From IMG/VR virus record IMGVR_UViG_3300020042_007185, positions 1-25,904 of that record: a DNA stretch of 25,904 bases. One strand, 5' to 3'. This DNA is from a virus. Taxonomy: Duplodnaviria > Caudoviricetes. Made by a program: the position numbers and the translations under genes. How positions within the stretch are numbered: position 1 is the first letter of the stretch; each line of letters begins with the position of its first letter. The notes beneath the pieces are model-generated. The model ran no database searches. It saw nothing but the letters and a program-made list of their open reading frames with translations, and had not been told where the DNA came from. Positions 15,080-24,400 of this stretch are shown here, piece by piece.

Positions 15080-16993
15080 ATGATAATCTTTCCAGACAAT
15101 AATCTTCCGGGCGGGTCGCAAGACTGGGCCGATACTGTCGAACGCGAAATTAAAAAACTTTATAAGCGACCTTTTGGTGGTGGCGGAGGTTCCGATTCAA
15201 CAGGCACTGGCACTGTTGGTCCGGCTGGTCCTACAGGCCCTCAGGGGCCCACTGGCGCTACTGGTCCTCAAGGATTGCAGGGTTTGCCTGGTGTTGATGG
15301 AATCGACGGCCTAGATGGCGCTCCTGGCACTAATGGCACTAATGGGACCAACGGTACTAACGGGACTAACGGGACTGATGGGGCTAAGGGTGATACCGGA
15401 GATCAAGGCATTCAGGGCATTCAGGGTATTCCAGGAGTTAAAGGTGATACTGGAAGCCAAGGTATTCAGGGCATTCCAGGCGTTAAAGGTGATACTGGTT
15501 TAACTGGTGATCAAGGTATTCAAGGCATCCAGGGCATACCAGGTGTCAAAGGTGATACTGGTGCTACTGGGGCTAAAGGTGACACTGGTAATACTGGTGC
15601 TACTGGTAGCCAAGGTCCAAATGGTTTTTCTGCTTATCAGGTTGCGCAGATTGAAGGTTTCACTGGCACTGAGGCAGAGTGGCTAGCTTCTTTAGTTGGC
15701 CCAACTGGTGCTACTGGCGCAACAGGAGCAACAGGAGCGACTGGCGCAACAGGAGCAACAGGAGCAACTGGCGCAACAGGTCCAGGTGTTGCCGCTGGTG
15801 GAACTGCTGGGCAGATCCTTGCAAAACTAGATGACACAGACTACAGCACTACTTGGATCGACAACTATGCTAACTGGACTTCTCAGTTAAAGCACGAGGT
15901 CAAGCTTGGCGAGGCTATTGCTAAGGGCCAAGCTGTGTATGCAAGCTCTGCTGATGGCACGAACATTGTTGTTTCTAAAGCTTCTAACGCTACTGAGGCA
16001 ACTTCTTCTAAGACTTTGGGCTTGCTTGAGCTGGGTGGTTCAACTAACGCTAAGGTGAAGTTGATTGCTGAGGGTTTGCTTTCTGGCCTTAACACCTCAA
16101 CTGCCACTGCTGGTGATCCTGTGTGGCTAGGAACTGCTGGCAACCTTATTTATGGATTAGCTAATAAGCCTGTTGCCCCGGCTCACCTTGTATTTATCGG
16201 TATTGTTACTCGTGCACAGACTAACAATGGTGAGATTTTTGTTAAGGTTCAGAATGGTTTTGAGTTCCGCGAACTACATGATGTTTTGATTGAGGCTAAT
16301 GGAAGCCTTACTGATAACGAGGTTATGGCTTATGACTTAGCTTCCGGTCTTTGGAAGAATCAAACAGCAGCTGAGGCTGGCATTTCTGTTACAGGCCACA
16401 CCCATGCGCCATCCGATATTACTGGCACAGCAGTTATTACAACTGATAGTCGTTTAAGTGATGCTCGAACTCCTACCGCGCATACTCACGCAACTACAGA
16501 CATTACTAGCGGAACTTTAGATATTGCTCGCATTCCTACAGGCACGACTAGCACAACTGTTTCTTTAGGTAACCACACACATGCTGCAAATACACTAACC
16601 GGAACGACTTTATCTGCCAGCATAACCACCTCAGAAATAACTAACATTGGAACACTAGGTGGGCCAGGAGTTGTGTCAGTATCAAGCTCAGGCGATCTAA
16701 GTTCAACCGCAAACGTAATCGTCCCCTACTCACAAGCCATTGTTACTGGTAGCATTACTGGTAACGGAATAATGAGTTTTCCAGTAAATCGTTTTACTGT
16801 TCCTCCAGCAATTCTTGCAACAGTAACTAGCGGTGCAACTACTCGAACAAGCGTAACAACCGCAAACATTACTCTTTCCGGAGGCATTTATTCTGTTCCC
16901 GTTTACGTTTGGGCTGGTGGCTCTGCTTCAAGCACAGCAGCCACAGTAACTCTTCATGGGATACAAATGACCTCAACGACTAAGGAAGGATAA
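15080..16993 (+). CDS. Collagen-repeat fibre/appendage protein
   Basis: Gly-X-Y tracts, SAYQVA..GFTGTEAEWLASL motif, DUF2190-like middle domain, H-T-H repeats, beta-rich C-terminus. Confidence 0.8.
   Translation: MIIFPDNNLPGGSQDWADTVEREIKKLYKRPFGGGGGSDSTGTGTVGPAGPTGPQGPTGATGPQGLQGLPGVDGIDGLDGAPGTNGTNGTNGTNGTNGTDGAKGDTGDQGIQGIQGIPGVKGDTGSQGIQGIPGVKGDTGLTGDQGIQGIQGIPGVKGDTGATGAKGDTGNTGATGSQGPNGFSAYQVAQIEGFTGTEAEWLASLVGPTGATGATGATGATGATGATGATGATGPGVAAGGTAGQILAKLDDTDYSTTWIDNYANWTSQLKHEVKLGEAIAKGQAVYASSADGTNIVVSKASNATEATSSKTLGLLELGGSTNAKVKLIAEGLLSGLNTSTATAGDPVWLGTAGNLIYGLANKPVAPAHLVFIGIVTRAQTNNGEIFVKVQNGFEFRELHDVLIEANGSLTDNEVMAYDLASGLWKNQTAAEAGISVTGHTHAPSDITGTAVITTDSRLSDARTPTAHTHATTDITSGTLDIARIPTGTTSTTVSLGNHTHAANTLTGTTLSASITTSEITNIGTLGGPGVVSVSSSGDLSSTANVIVPYSQAIVTGSITGNGIMSFPVNRFTVPPAILATVTSGATTRTSVTTANITLSGGIYSVPVYVWAGGSASSTAATVTLHGIQMTSTTKEG
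15218..15787 (+). repeat. Collagen-coding tandem repeats
   Basis: GTN x5, three GIQGIPGVKGDT units and GAT x8, in 9-bp and multiple-of-9 DNA units. Confidence 0.85.
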
Positions 16994-16994
16994 C

Positions 16995-17120
16995 ATGACG
17001 GTAAAATGCGTTAACCAAAATTGCCCTAACTTCAACATTGAAGTTACTATTGTTCTCGAAGAGGGAATGAACAGCACAGTTATTTGTTGCTGTGGCACAG
17101 ACATTGCTAATCCAGAATAA
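16995..17120 (+). CDS. 41-aa Cys-rich protein (MTVKCVNQNCPN...ICCCGTDI), fibre-associated
   Basis: Translated by hand; AAGGA RBS; CxxxxC...CxCG zinc-ribbon pattern. Confidence 0.65.
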   Translation: MTVKCVNQNCPNFNIEVTIVLEEGMNSTVICCCGTDIANPE

Positions 17121-17141
17121 AAGATAAGGTATAATTAGAGC

Positions 17142-17537
17142 ATGCCCGACATTACTCCCCCAAACTATTCAACTGCCCTTGGCCAAGTTCGCTTACTAAT
17201 ACCGGATGTTGAGCAACTTAGCGATCCTCGCACTCCGAGCGCAACGCCATCATACCTTTTTAATGATGCGCAAATTCAAGCATTTGTTGCACTTTATGCT
17301 GACAATGTTAAGCGCGCCGCAGCACAAGCCAAACTTGTTTTAGCTACCTCTGAAGCCCTAATCAACAAAGTTATCAAAACTTATGACTTCACAACTGACG
17401 GAGCAAAGCTTGGCGCGGAACTTCGTGCACAAGCTAAAATGCTTCAAGAAGAAGCAGACCAGGACGACTTGGTTGACTCTTTTGAAACCTTTATTATAGT
17501 TTCTCAAACGGAAAAGTGGGATAACGATTGGCTCTAA
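17142..17537 (+). CDS. Head-to-tail adaptor
   Basis: GQVRLLIPD, LFNDAQIQAF, KRAAA, DGAKLGAELRAQA; leaderless (TATAAT ends 6 nt before ATG). Confidence 0.8.
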   Translation: MPDITPPNYSTALGQVRLLIPDVEQLSDPRTPSATPSYLFNDAQIQAFVALYADNVKRAAAQAKLVLATSEALINKVIKTYDFTTDGAKLGAELRAQAKMLQEEADQDDLVDSFETFIIVSQTEKWDNDWL

Positions 17538-18001
17538 ACACTCGCCCAGTATTACACCCTAAGTGGACAAGTCACAACGTTCCTGTTGAAGATGGCTTAG
17601 GTTTAGCGCGGATCAAAATTATTAAGCCTAACGCTAGCGAAAAAACTTACAACGCTGTTACCAATACTTGGACTGAATCTACTGCACTTATTTATGAGGG
17701 TTGGGCACGAATCCAGCCGTTACGCCAGTCAACCATTTCCGAATCAAGCAACGACTTTATTCCAATGACCGGAAAAGAAGTTGGCATGTTCTTTAACCTC
17801 AAAAAGAATTTAATGGCAGGATGGGACAACAGCCTAGCTGACATTCGTCCAGGTTACGAAGTTATTGTTGTAACCGCAGTTGTTGACCCACTCCTTCAAG
17901 GTTTCCAATACACAGTAAAATCCGTTATCAACAGCTCTAACGCTTGGTCACGTGGTATTACTTGTGAGGTGAACCAAGAATCGAGGCCAGTCCGTGCCTA
18001 G
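17528..18001 (+). CDS. Head-to-tail stopper (DUF6093-like)
   Basis: IYEGWARIQP motif and synteny. Confidence 0.7.
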   Translation: MALNTRPVLHPKWTSHNVPVEDGLGLARIKIIKPNASEKTYNAVTNTWTESTALIYEGWARIQPLRQSTISESSNDFIPMTGKEVGMFFNLKKNLMAGWDNSLADIRPGYEVIVVTAVVDPLLQGFQYTVKSVINSSNAWSRGITCEVNQESRPVRA

Positions 18002-18536
18002 AAAATCAACAATAATAAATGCTGATGCTTGGATTGATGCTCAGGAAGAAAAGATTCGTAGGATTATTGGACGCGCTGCTCGTATAGGCGCTGAAGAAAC
18101 ACGCAACAACATTCTTGGTGGTTCACCTACTGGTTCACAATGGCATGTTATGATTAACAAAATGCGTGGCAACCAGTTTGGCGCTCGTAAAGAAACCGGT
18201 AAAATGCTTGAGAGCGTAAAGTTTTCAAGACCGGTTTGGAACACTGAAACAAAAATGTGGGAAGCGTCATTTGGTTTTCCTTTCTCTCCATCAGGTTTTG
18301 GTGGTATTCGCGACACGCGATCTTCAGCAAAATACCAGAAGCGCGTAGACTCAATGCGTAACCCAAAGTTCCGTCCTTGGGCAGCCGACAAAAACTATAT
18401 TGCTATGCAAGAATATGGTGCTGAAATGCCTGGCTCAAACGTAAGAGTGGGCATGCATGCAACTCGGAGAGCGCTTGCAGTCGCAGAAAAATACGCTATG
18501 CAAGAGTTTGCTAAACTATACAGGAAGACTAAATAA
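17994..18536 (+). CDS. Neck/tail completion protein (HK97 gp10-like)
   Basis: RKETGKMLESV, Y..MQEYG and GMHA motifs. Confidence 0.7.
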   Translation: MPRKSTIINADAWIDAQEEKIRRIIGRAARIGAEETRNNILGGSPTGSQWHVMINKMRGNQFGARKETGKMLESVKFSRPVWNTETKMWEASFGFPFSPSGFGGIRDTRSSAKYQKRVDSMRNPKFRPWAADKNYIAMQEYGAEMPGSNVRVGMHATRRALAVAEKYAMQEFAKLYRKTK

Positions 18537-18967
18537 TGGCTCTATCACTCCTGGCTGTGCAAGACCAGATTAGCACAAAGCTTCGCGAACTGCCACAAAC
18601 AGTTTACGAAAACACTGCACCGGCTGATGACCAGCTAGAATATAGTGGTGGCACAATGCTCCCCTTTATTGTGCCAATCTACGGCGGTTACGCGCGAGCT
18701 TACGAAGGGCGTGGCATTACGAGCGTCAGAAATGATCTTGGGCAAAGCTATGTAACAGTCGCATGTGTTGGACCAACTGAACGCTCAGCACGACAGGTCG
18801 CAGACCTTGTGCTCAATAAACTCACTGGTTTCAAGCCAGTGGACGCTGGAGAACTAACTCCAGCACCAAATGCTGGATCCCTAGTGTTTGACAACTCAAT
18901 TAAACCAATCAAATATATTTCTGAAATCACATTTATGTTTTTCGTAAATACTAATGTGGTATCATAG
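18536..18967 (+). CDS. Tail terminator
   Basis: Size and synteny; VACVGPTERSARQVADLV..KLTGFKP. Confidence 0.7.
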   Translation: MALSLLAVQDQISTKLRELPQTVYENTAPADDQLEYSGGTMLPFIVPIYGGYARAYEGRGITSVRNDLGQSYVTVACVGPTERSARQVADLVLNKLTGFKPVDAGELTPAPNAGSLVFDNSIKPIKYISEITFMFFVNTNVVS

Positions 18968-18989
18968 TATAAGATAAGAAAGGACCATC

Positions 18990-19202
18990 ATGGCACTTTT
19001 TAAGCACAAGCTTACTGGTGAGATCGTTAATGCCCCAGCGCATTACGCCTCTAACCCTGTGTTGGGGAAGAATCTTCTTCCAGTAGATGCAGAAGTTCTA
19101 CCAAAGGTAGAGAAGAAGCAAACAAAAGAAGCTCCAGCGGCACTACCTGTGGTAGAGGCTAAAAAGGGCGAAACCCTAATCATCGAGAACGAGGAAAACT
19201 AA
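18990..19202 (+). CDS. Small virion-associated hypothetical protein
   Basis: AAAGGA RBS; HKLTGEIVNAPAHY..NPVLG; immediately precedes the tail tube gene. Confidence 0.7.
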   Translation: MALFKHKLTGEIVNAPAHYASNPVLGKNLLPVDAEVLPKVEKKQTKEAPAALPVVEAKKGETLIIENEEN

Positions 19203-19203
19203 T

Positions 19204-20280
19204 ATGGCTACTAAAATGCTACGCCCAAATGTGGGTATTTACGTTGCAGCCGCTGATGCTTTTGCAAACTGGAAGTCTCCTACCCTTGCAGAAATCACCA
19301 GTGCTACAAAGGTATTCGACATTTCACAGGCTGTGACTGACGACTACACACTAAACCAGACTGAGTCTCAGTCAGACAACTCGCTGTCAATTGTTGACAA
19401 CGCAGATGTTACTACCCCAACCTACTACAACTACGAAGCATCTATGGATGGTTTCCGCGACGAGAACTTGACTGCAACTTCGGTTTACAACAAGTTCCGC
19501 GACCTGTTCAAGGCTCCAGACGTTAAGTATTACATCATCAAGCGTGTTGGTATGCCACACACTGCAGCTTTTGCCGCAGCTCAGGAAATCAGCATCTTCG
19601 GTGTGAGGACTGACTTCCCAACTGAGCTTGTTGGCGATGGCGAAATGATTCGTCTAGGTGCACGTTTCCTAACCACTGGTGAAGTTGCTATCAACGTACC
19701 AGTTGCCGCAGGAACAATCAGCACTGGCCCAGCACTTGCAACCACTGTAGGTACCAAGTCGACTTCTAACGGTAAAGTTAAGGTTTCATGGGTTCCTGTT
19801 GCTGACGTAACCAGCGAAGCTGCGTTCCTAACTGGACCAGACAAAGATATCCTAAACGGTGGAATCGAACTAACCGACGCTATTGCTTGGGATGGTTACG
19901 AGCTTGGCGCTCAGGACTCGAACAAGATTGACGACCGTTCAATCATTGACGAAGGTCAGGTTCAGACTCGTGGATTTGCACAGTTCTCTGGCTCGCTAAC
20001 CTTCTTCCGTGAAGGCGATCTAGCTAACACCACTAACGAATACGCTATCGCTCGTGAGGCTTTCAAGGCTTCGACCGATGGAACTCGTCCAGTTGGTTTC
20101 CTAGTTACACGCATCAACAAGGCTGCAGGGCCTGACTTTGCTGCTGGTGACGTTGTATCCGTCTACAAGTTCACTGCAGACGCTTACATGGACAACACCG
20201 AAGGCGAAGACAGCGTTAAGTTCATGGTCAACTTTGCCCCACAGGGTAAGCTTGGCGTAATGGTTACTGCCGTATCGTAG
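19204..20280 (+). CDS. Major tail tube protein with two tandem tube domains
   Basis: The two halves align by eye (DISQAV.DDYTL / ELTDAIAWDGYEL; SIVD / SIID; GFRD / FFRE; IIKRV / LVTRI; F.A.QEISIF / FAAGDVVSVY). Confidence 0.85.
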   Translation: MATKMLRPNVGIYVAAADAFANWKSPTLAEITSATKVFDISQAVTDDYTLNQTESQSDNSLSIVDNADVTTPTYYNYEASMDGFRDENLTATSVYNKFRDLFKAPDVKYYIIKRVGMPHTAAFAAAQEISIFGVRTDFPTELVGDGEMIRLGARFLTTGEVAINVPVAAGTISTGPALATTVGTKSTSNGKVKVSWVPVADVTSEAAFLTGPDKDILNGGIELTDAIAWDGYELGAQDSNKIDDRSIIDEGQVQTRGFAQFSGSLTFFREGDLANTTNEYAIAREAFKASTDGTRPVGFLVTRINKAAGPDFAAGDVVSVYKFTADAYMDNTEGEDSVKFMVNFAPQGKLGVMVTAVS

Positions 20281-20292
20281 TCTAAATAGACT

Positions 20293-20333
20293 GGTCGGGG
20301 CGGGGACTTGCGCCCATTTGCCCCGCTCCGACC
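20293..20333 (+). promoter_or_regulatory. Hairpin after the tail tube gene; loop complementary to the chaperone RBS region
   Basis: GGTCGGGGCGGGG / CCCCGCTCCGACC stem; loop TTGCGCC matches GGCGCAA at 20371-20377. Confidence 0.6.
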
Positions 20334-20379
20334 TTAAACCCCTTAATGTGCGAATAAACTATTTTTGAAAGGCGCAATA

Positions 20380-20997
20380 ATGAGCGAAGAAACAACAGCA
20401 ACACCGGAACAAGAAGTTCCAGATGCAATTACTGAGACACTCTCTCTTGTTAAAGAGGCTCAGTCAAAAGGAGTATTTAACCTCAGCGAGGTTATTAAGG
20501 GACGCGGTTTCCCAACAAAAGATGTAACAATTTACCTTGACGCTGAATCAGCGTTTGAATTGGCACAACTTGACCAGGAGATGAACGACTTCCTTGATGC
20601 AGACTATCGTGCAGAGCTAGACGCTAAGGCTCAGGAGCTTGCTGCAAAGATCCGCAAGTCTGCCCTCACCTTCACAATGCGTGGCGTTAGCCAGAAGATT
20701 GTGGACAAGGTTATGGCTGATGCGAACGAAAAGCACCCGCGTGATGACGATAACGGAAACAACCCTGAATGGGTTAAGTTCTATGTCTCAAGCCTGGTTG
20801 CGCAAAACATCATTCGCGTAACAGATGCTGAAGGCAATGTTGACGAACACTTGTTTACCGTTGAAGAAATCTACAGCCTTCGTGAAGAAATCACACGCGA
20901 TGCTTGGGATGTTCTAGCTGACACCATGCAGAAGCTAACTCTTGCTAGCGGATATTTTGAACAACTAACGGATGCCGGTTTTTTACCGAAGTCTTAA
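20380..20997 (+). CDS. Tail assembly chaperone (gpG-like)
   Basis: Lies between tail tube and tape measure; ends at a slippery site; ATG 20380 behind GAAAGG. Confidence 0.85.
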   Translation: MSEETTATPEQEVPDAITETLSLVKEAQSKGVFNLSEVIKGRGFPTKDVTIYLDAESAFELAQLDQEMNDFLDADYRAELDAKAQELAAKIRKSALTFTMRGVSQKIVDKVMADANEKHPRDDDNGNNPEWVKFYVSSLVAQNIIRVTDAEGNVDEHLFTVEEIYSLREEITRDAWDVLADTMQKLTLASGYFEQLTDAGFLPKS

Positions 20998-21037
20998 CCT
21001 GGGAGGGCAATCGCCAATATCTCGTCAGAGTTAAGAC
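20979..21037 (+). other. Programmed -1 ribosomal frameshift signal
   Basis: T TTT TTA heptamer (20979-20985), 5-nt spacer, GTCTTAAC/GTTAAGAC hairpin; the -1 frame is open to 21407. Confidence 0.85.
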
Positions 21038-21407
21038 AGCCGTTAAGAATGGGATCCGTCCAGTCGCTATGCTGTTCCATGAGCAGCCTAGTGACCCTTG
21101 GGTTCCGTTTGACTTTTTGCTTTTAGAAGCATTTCAGACCCTTGAGGATGAAACCTGCGGAGAGTGTGGTAACCCTATCTGGGTGTGCAGGAATGAAGAA
21201 GCTTCTAACGTAGGTTTTAAGATTAAGATTGGCCGTTGCTTTGGCAAGGCTGAACTTGACAAATGGCTTGAGAAGGATTCTAAAAAGAAGTCCTCTAAGA
21301 AGACTTATGGCGAGTATCCTTACATTGTTTCCTACACATACGATGGTGGTCCTTTGCCTTCTCGCAACGACTATTTCCAGTCTATGGCATCCCGCGATAG
21401 TGTATAA
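20985..21407 (+). CDS. Tail assembly chaperone frameshift extension (gpGT C-terminal part)
   Basis: -1 frame reads TEVLTWEGNRQY...MLFHEQ; contains CGECGNPIWVC. Confidence 0.8.
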   Translation, partial: TEVLTWEGNRQYLVRVKTAVKNGIRPVAMLFHEQPSDPWVPFDFLLLEAFQTLEDETCGECGNPIWVCRNEEASNVGFKIKIGRCFGKAELDKWLEKDSKKKSSKKTYGEYPYIVSYTYDGGPLPSRNDYFQSMASRDSV

Positions 21408-21439
21408 TAGGTGTATACACTCGATAGGTAGGGATTCTT

Positions 21440-24400
21440 TTGGCGGACAAATATAGCATATCACTTGGCTTAGATGTGTCAGGTGCGCGCGCCGATTTAA
21501 CCGCTTTTGAAAAAGAATATGTAGCCAAAGTAAAAGCCATGGGGGGCAGGCTTGCTAGCGTAAAGCCAGTAATATTTGACGACGAAGCAAAAGGTGCAGA
21601 TAAACTTGTCAAACAAATTTTAAATGTTCGCAAATCAATGGCGCAACTTAAAGAGGAGAAGCGTCAGCTTGGTAAGATAATGTCTTCCGAGTGGGAGAGC
21701 ATGACTCCGGACACTAAAAAGTCTCGTGGCGCAGCAATGAAAACACTTAAAGATAACATTGCCAAAACAGATAAAACTGGTAAACAACTTGCCGCACACC
21801 TTAGGGGAATCCAAGACGAGCCAGTAAAACTTCTTAAAGGTCTTGGCGAACAGCTTGCCATGATCCGCTCAAAACTAAATTCTACAGCGCCAAGCCTAGA
21901 CCAAACCACAATCCTTAATGAAACTAAAAAACTTGCTGACACCATTAACGGAAAGTTTAAAGACCTTGCATCTGTTCGTGGAGCAATTGAGAAAATCAAA
22001 ATTGATTCAAGACAAGCCTGGATGGCTGATAAAGGCCCTAAGAACGCAGAGACGCGTAAGCAACAAGTTGCTTCTATGCGCACAAAGCAGCAACCTTTTG
22101 TAGCGCAAGAGAACGAACTGCAAGCTCAGATTAGTGCAATGACTAATCAGAAGAATGATCTTCAGCGCGCTTTCGGTAAAGCTTCTTCAGAGCAATACAA
22201 GAAACTTGTTGAAATTGGTAAAGGTATTGTTGCACAGATTTCTGACGTTAAAAAGCTTCAGGACTACTTGGATGCTTTGCTGGAAAGCGCTGACCTTCCT
22301 CTAAACTCTCCTAAGAACCGTTACAAGCCTCAGACTCGTGGCGTTAAGTTTTCTGAGCAGATGCCAGATTTTGATGCTTACGAGATGCTTGGCGGGCGAC
22401 GCAAGCGCCGTGGGCTTGCTAGGGAGCTTGTCACTGAGACTCCTCAGCAAGGTCGCAAAAACAATAACGTTACTGGTGGCCGTGCGCCTAACCTGATCTT
22501 AGCTGCACTAGTCAAAACCGGTGCTATCACTGCTGAGCAAGCCGCTAAAACGGCGCAAGGGCTTGGTGGGGTTGGTGTGCAACTTGTTGTTGTAGGCGAT
22601 GCTCTTGAAGAGTTTGAGGCTTCTCTTAGAAAAGCTAACGAAGCTACAGAAGCTGAAGCAGCTTTGGGCGAAGATGAGTTACGTGTCAAAGGTAGGAATG
22701 CTAAAACTCTTCAGCAAAAAGTTGCTGAGCGCGAACTTCTTGGTCCACGACTTGGTGAAGTCACTTCTGAAACTACAGACTTTAAACGAATGGTTGCAGA
22801 ATACAACTCGTACATTTCTAGCATGCTCACCGCGTTCTCGTTCGGTGATGAATCAAGAGTGGGTGGGGTCAACAATAAAAACTCTGGTCTTTACCCAATG
22901 TCACCAAGTGACAACCCTAATAACCTTGAAGACGATGCTGCATCAAAGAACGCTGTCATTACTGCGAAGCAGTTTGAGGAAGCCGCGATGCTTGCTTTTG
23001 AAGCTGGCACAATGCAGAATGAGGCTGCCACAAAGCTAGGTCAAGGTATTATTCCGGTTCTAATTAATAGAACTAAAAAGAACCAGTTTATGAGCCCATT
23101 CTCTGACAACTCAGAAGATGAAGACGGCAACCAAATAAAAAGAACCCCTGCTTGGCAGAAAGTTGACTTCAGCAACCAAGACGCAATCTTAAAAGCTTAC
23201 CAGGCTTATGTAAACGATTTCCAGGCAAAAAACAAGCCAACAATTGAACCTTATCAGGGTCAAGAAAACTCGATATCTGGCTTGATGGGTAAGGGCACTA
23301 CTGCTAACGCAATTGAATTAATGATTGCAGCAGTTACACAAGGGGCTAGACAAGCGGAGTTTTCACAAAACGCCGGAGAGCCTGGCATTGGTGAAGTTAT
23401 TAACCCAGGTAGCCTCATTGCTATGGAGATTTTTGACCAGCTACCGCAGCTTGGTAAAGACTTCGTAGAACTCGCTCACGAAATTGCTTTGACTCTTGGC
23501 ATTATAAAGCCACTTACAGAAAATCCTTACGGTGAATCTGTAACTCAGGGAATGGGTGACTACGTAAACCCATCGATGACAACATTTGAAAGAATGCTTG
23601 ATGCTAATAACTACAACCCGCGCAAAAAACTTTCAGTTAATGGCCAGGATGTTGAACTTGGTAGCGGTCCAGGCAAGTTGCCCCCAATGGAGCAAATCGG
23701 TGTAAAGTCTGCAACTATCACAAAAGTTATTCAAGACCTTGCAACTGAGTTTAAAAAGATTTATGGCGACACAATTGGTAATATTGGTAATCAGGTTAGA
23801 CAGGTTGACCCGCGCACATTTAAACCGGCAGACGCAGGCACCGTAGCGCCTGTTGAAATGAAAAATATTGATGCTTTTATTCAAAATAGAAAAGCATTCA
23901 TTGACTTTGTTAAAACTGCTCGCCTCACCGTAAGCGACATTACAATGGCTCTTCCGGCCGTTGAAGATGCTTTTGATAAACTATCGATGGTCATTGACCA
24001 GGGTGTTGCCGGCTCTAAACTTTCTCGTGGAGATATTAAAGATCAGGGTTTTGCTTACCGTCAGGGTCAAGACCTTGGAATGGTTGGTAGAGCTGAAAAG
24101 CGTTTTGGTAAAGGTTCTTCAACAACCCCAATCTTTAGCGACCTAATTGACGCTAGCGAATCTGTTGATGATGCTGTTGCCGGCCTTGCAAACGGTGTTT
24201 CAGCTCGTGAAAAAGACATTGCCAACATTGGTGAAGACATGGGTAAAGAGTTTGGCGGAGGCTTTGACGAAGGCATTGGCCGTAACTCACCAGCTAAATA
24301 CTTTATTGACGCTGCTGGCGACGCTGTTGAAGGTGTTATTGTTGGTTCTCAAATGCGCCTCAAAGACCTTAACGAAGCTGGCCGTGCAATGGCTGAAAGT

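Noticed and set aside
15218-15787. CRISPR array or diversity-generating repeats
   Set aside because: The repeats are in-frame collagen codons without unique spacers; no cas or reverse transcriptase gene is in the window.
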